A stretch of 64,000 nucleotides of DNA, from contig NW_015163746.1 in the NCBI RefSeq assembly GCF_001447785.1, forward strand, positions 1 to 64,000. The letters are read 5' to 3'. Every line of letters starts with the position of its first letter. The first letter of the stretch is position 1. Shown here piece after piece: positions 61,490-64,000 of this stretch. The notes beneath the pieces are model-generated. The model was not told the origin of the DNA. It made no database searches and saw only the letters and a program-made list of their open reading frames with translations. Source of the DNA: Gekko japonicus. Taxonomy: Eukaryota. Made by a program: the position numbers and the translations under genes.

Positions 61490-62550
61490 GTGAAGGTTTT
61501 TGGCAAATTGGACTTGGCCTAGGCATACCAGCAGTTCCCCGTAGACGATGCCACCATGGAGGCCCAAACGATTGTGACACACAGGGGTGTGTTCCGGGTG
61601 TGGCGGCTGCAGCCGTTCTTTGACGATGTTTTGATAGCTGCCCCCACAGCTGAGACCTTCACTGAAAATTCTGCATGCTGTCCTGCAACGTTTCCACACT
61701 GCTGGCCTGAAGGTTAAGTGGGAAAAATGTCTCCTGGCCCGGTAACGTGATGGGTCACGCAGACGCCCTCAGCTGCCTCCCACTGCTCTCCTATGACCCG
61801 GACCCAGCACCTGCACACCAGATCCTGCTCCTCGAGGACCTGCCTGACCATCCCATTCAGGTACCCGACATGTCCGGCCACACCGCAAGGGACCGCGTGC
61901 TCTCCTGCATTTTGGACTGGGTTGGGAGGGGTGGGCCGTCAGCCAGGTGGGCCTGGAGTTTACCGTGTTCTCATGTCAGGATGAACTGTCGGCCCACAAG
62001 GGCTGCTTGTTGTGGGGAAGCCAGGTGGTCGTGCTCGCTCCACTGCGCCAGCGAGTCCTAGCAGCCTTACACAAAACGCACCCAGGAATCGTGCGTATGA
62101 AGGCGCTGGCCGCGGCTATGTTTGGTGGCCCAGCATGGACAGCGAAATTGAGGACTGTGTTAAACGCTGCCAGATGTGCCAAGAGTCCCAGCCAGAGCCA
62201 CCCAGAGCCCCGGTGCATCAGTGGAAATTCTTCCACAAGCCATGGGCCTGCCTGCACCTCGACTTTGCAGGCCATTCCAGGGCCAGATTATCTTCATCCT
62301 GGTGGATTCATACTCCAAATGGCTAGAAGTGGTGCCAGTCCCCTCCACATCATCCCAAGCAGCTATTCACTCCCTGTGGTGGATTTTCAGCACACATGGC
62401 ATACCAGGCATCGTTCACCTTGTCCAAGTTTCAGGAATTCACGGACTACTATGCCATCTGACACATCTACTCTGCTCCCTTTCACCCTGCAACCAATGGC
62501 CAGGCTGAATGGATGGTGAGGATGACTAAGGAGTCCCTCCGCAGGTTTAA
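61490..62550 (+). mobile_element. Decayed Ty3/Gypsy pol (RT, RNase H end, integrase)
   Basis: FDDVLI...AGLKVKWEKC, HADALSCLP, HPGIVRMKALA/YVWWP..CQMCQ, LVDSYSKWLEV and PFHPATNGQAE. Frameshifted and internally deleted. Confidence 0.9.
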
Positions 62551-62979
62551 TCTTGGAAGCTAGGCAGGGCCAGACATGGTTAATACTTAGACAGGAGACC
62601 ACAAAGAAAGTCCAGGGTTACTACTTACAGGTGGGCAATGGCAACTCTTCTCTGTTTATCTCTTGCCTTGAAAAAGTCATGAAGTCAGTTGTGACTTAAT
62701 GGTTCTTTCCACCATTAGTGTTATGATCAACCCACTGCTAGACTTGCTTAAGATTCTCAATGTTTCAGGCTCATCTATATATATAATAGCCAAAGTCCCT
62801 TTTGGGTGCAGATTTTTTTTTTTGCAATTTATTTTTAATTTGTATTGATGTTTAACATTTTCTATTCATTCACAAACCTTTTCCTCAAGTTTACATAACA
62901 TAACCAAACATCAGATACATCAATTTCCCCCTTTATTATTCCCTCCCCCCTCCACCCAGTGTCCAAAAAAGAAGAAGAT

Positions 62980-63768
62980 NNNNNNNNNNNNNNNNNNNNN
63001 NNNNNNNNNNNNNNNNNNNNNNNNNNNNNNNNNNNNNNNNNNNNNNNNNNNNNNNNNNNNNNNNNNNNNNNNNNNNNNNNNNNNNNNNNNNNNNNNNNNN
63101 NNNNNNNNNNNNNNNNNNNNNNNNNNNNNNNNNNNNNNNNNNNNNNNNNNNNNNNNNNNNNNNNNNNNNNNNNNNNNNNNNNNNNNNNNNNNNNNNNNNN
63201 NNNNNNNNNNNNNNNNNNNNNNNNNNNNNNNNNNNNNNNNNNNNNNNNNNNNNNNNNNNNNNNNNNNNNNNNNNNNNNNNNNNNNNNNNNNNNNNNNNNN
63301 NNNNNNNNNNNNNNNNNNNNNNNNNNNNNNNNNNNNNNNNNNNNNNNNNNNNNNNNNNNNNNNNNNNNNNNNNNNNNNNNNNNNNNNNNNNNNNNNNNNN
63401 NNNNNNNNNNNNNNNNNNNNNNNNNNNNNNNNNNNNNNNNNNNNNNNNNNNNNNNNNNNNNNNNNNNNNNNNNNNNNNNNNNNNNNNNNNNNNNNNNNNN
63501 NNNNNNNNNNNNNNNNNNNNNNNNNNNNNNNNNNNNNNNNNNNNNNNNNNNNNNNNNNNNNNNNNNNNNNNNNNNNNNNNNNNNNNNNNNNNNNNNNNNN
63601 NNNNNNNNNNNNNNNNNNNNNNNNNNNNNNNNNNNNNNNNNNNNNNNNNNNNNNNNNNNNNNNNNNNNNNNNNNNNNNNNNNNNNNNNNNNNNNNNNNNN
63701 NNNNNNNNNNNNNNNNNNNNNNNNNNNNNNNNNNNNNNNNNNNNNNNNNNNNNNNNNNNNNNNNNNNN
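62980..63768. other. Assembly gap
   Basis: Run of N. Confidence 1.
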
Positions 63769-64000
63769 CATATACGAGAACTGAGCAGGTGTCCTATACC
63801 ATTTCAAGGTGTTAAAAAAACAACTTTTCAACAATGTAGATCCAGATAGAAAATGTAATCTTAACACAGGCACTTCTGCAATGAAAACATTTCAATGCAT
63901 GTGACTTTGGCTACTATAGCAACAAATAAAGTTGGTTGGATTCTATCACTATGTATTAGCTACTGAGTGATCTACATGATTTATATCAAGATAATATGAT

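Overview
Repeat-dense vertebrate genomic DNA. Sauria SINEs, BovB, squamate-type L2/CR1/L1 and Copia point to a squamate reptile; gecko is an inference from repeat style. There are three assembly gaps (6568-7538, 19137-19556, 62980-63768) and no intact host gene. The main observation is a set of 7-8 short unique segments on the minus strand between about 45.5 kb and 9.4 kb. Most have AG/GT splice signals, and they translate (through stops and frameshifts) into the parts of an ionotropic glutamate receptor in the correct order: ATD, S1, M1, probable M2, M3 (HYIANVYAAL, cf. SYTANLAAF), S2 and M4. They read as a decayed, intron-containing pseudogene of a divergent NMDA-like subunit. The rest is nested transposable elements. 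These include several non-autonomous hAT-type elements with 8-bp TSDs (two about 4 kb, with nested insertions), solo LTRs with 5-bp TSDs, and a near-intact L1 ORF2 with a 17-bp TSD. There are also decayed Copia, Gypsy, BovB, CR1, L2 and hAT-transposase fragments, a candidate chimeric SINE (Sauria-like head, L2-like tail), a fold-back insertion and several tandem duplications. All protein and family assignments are by eye; no database search was run.
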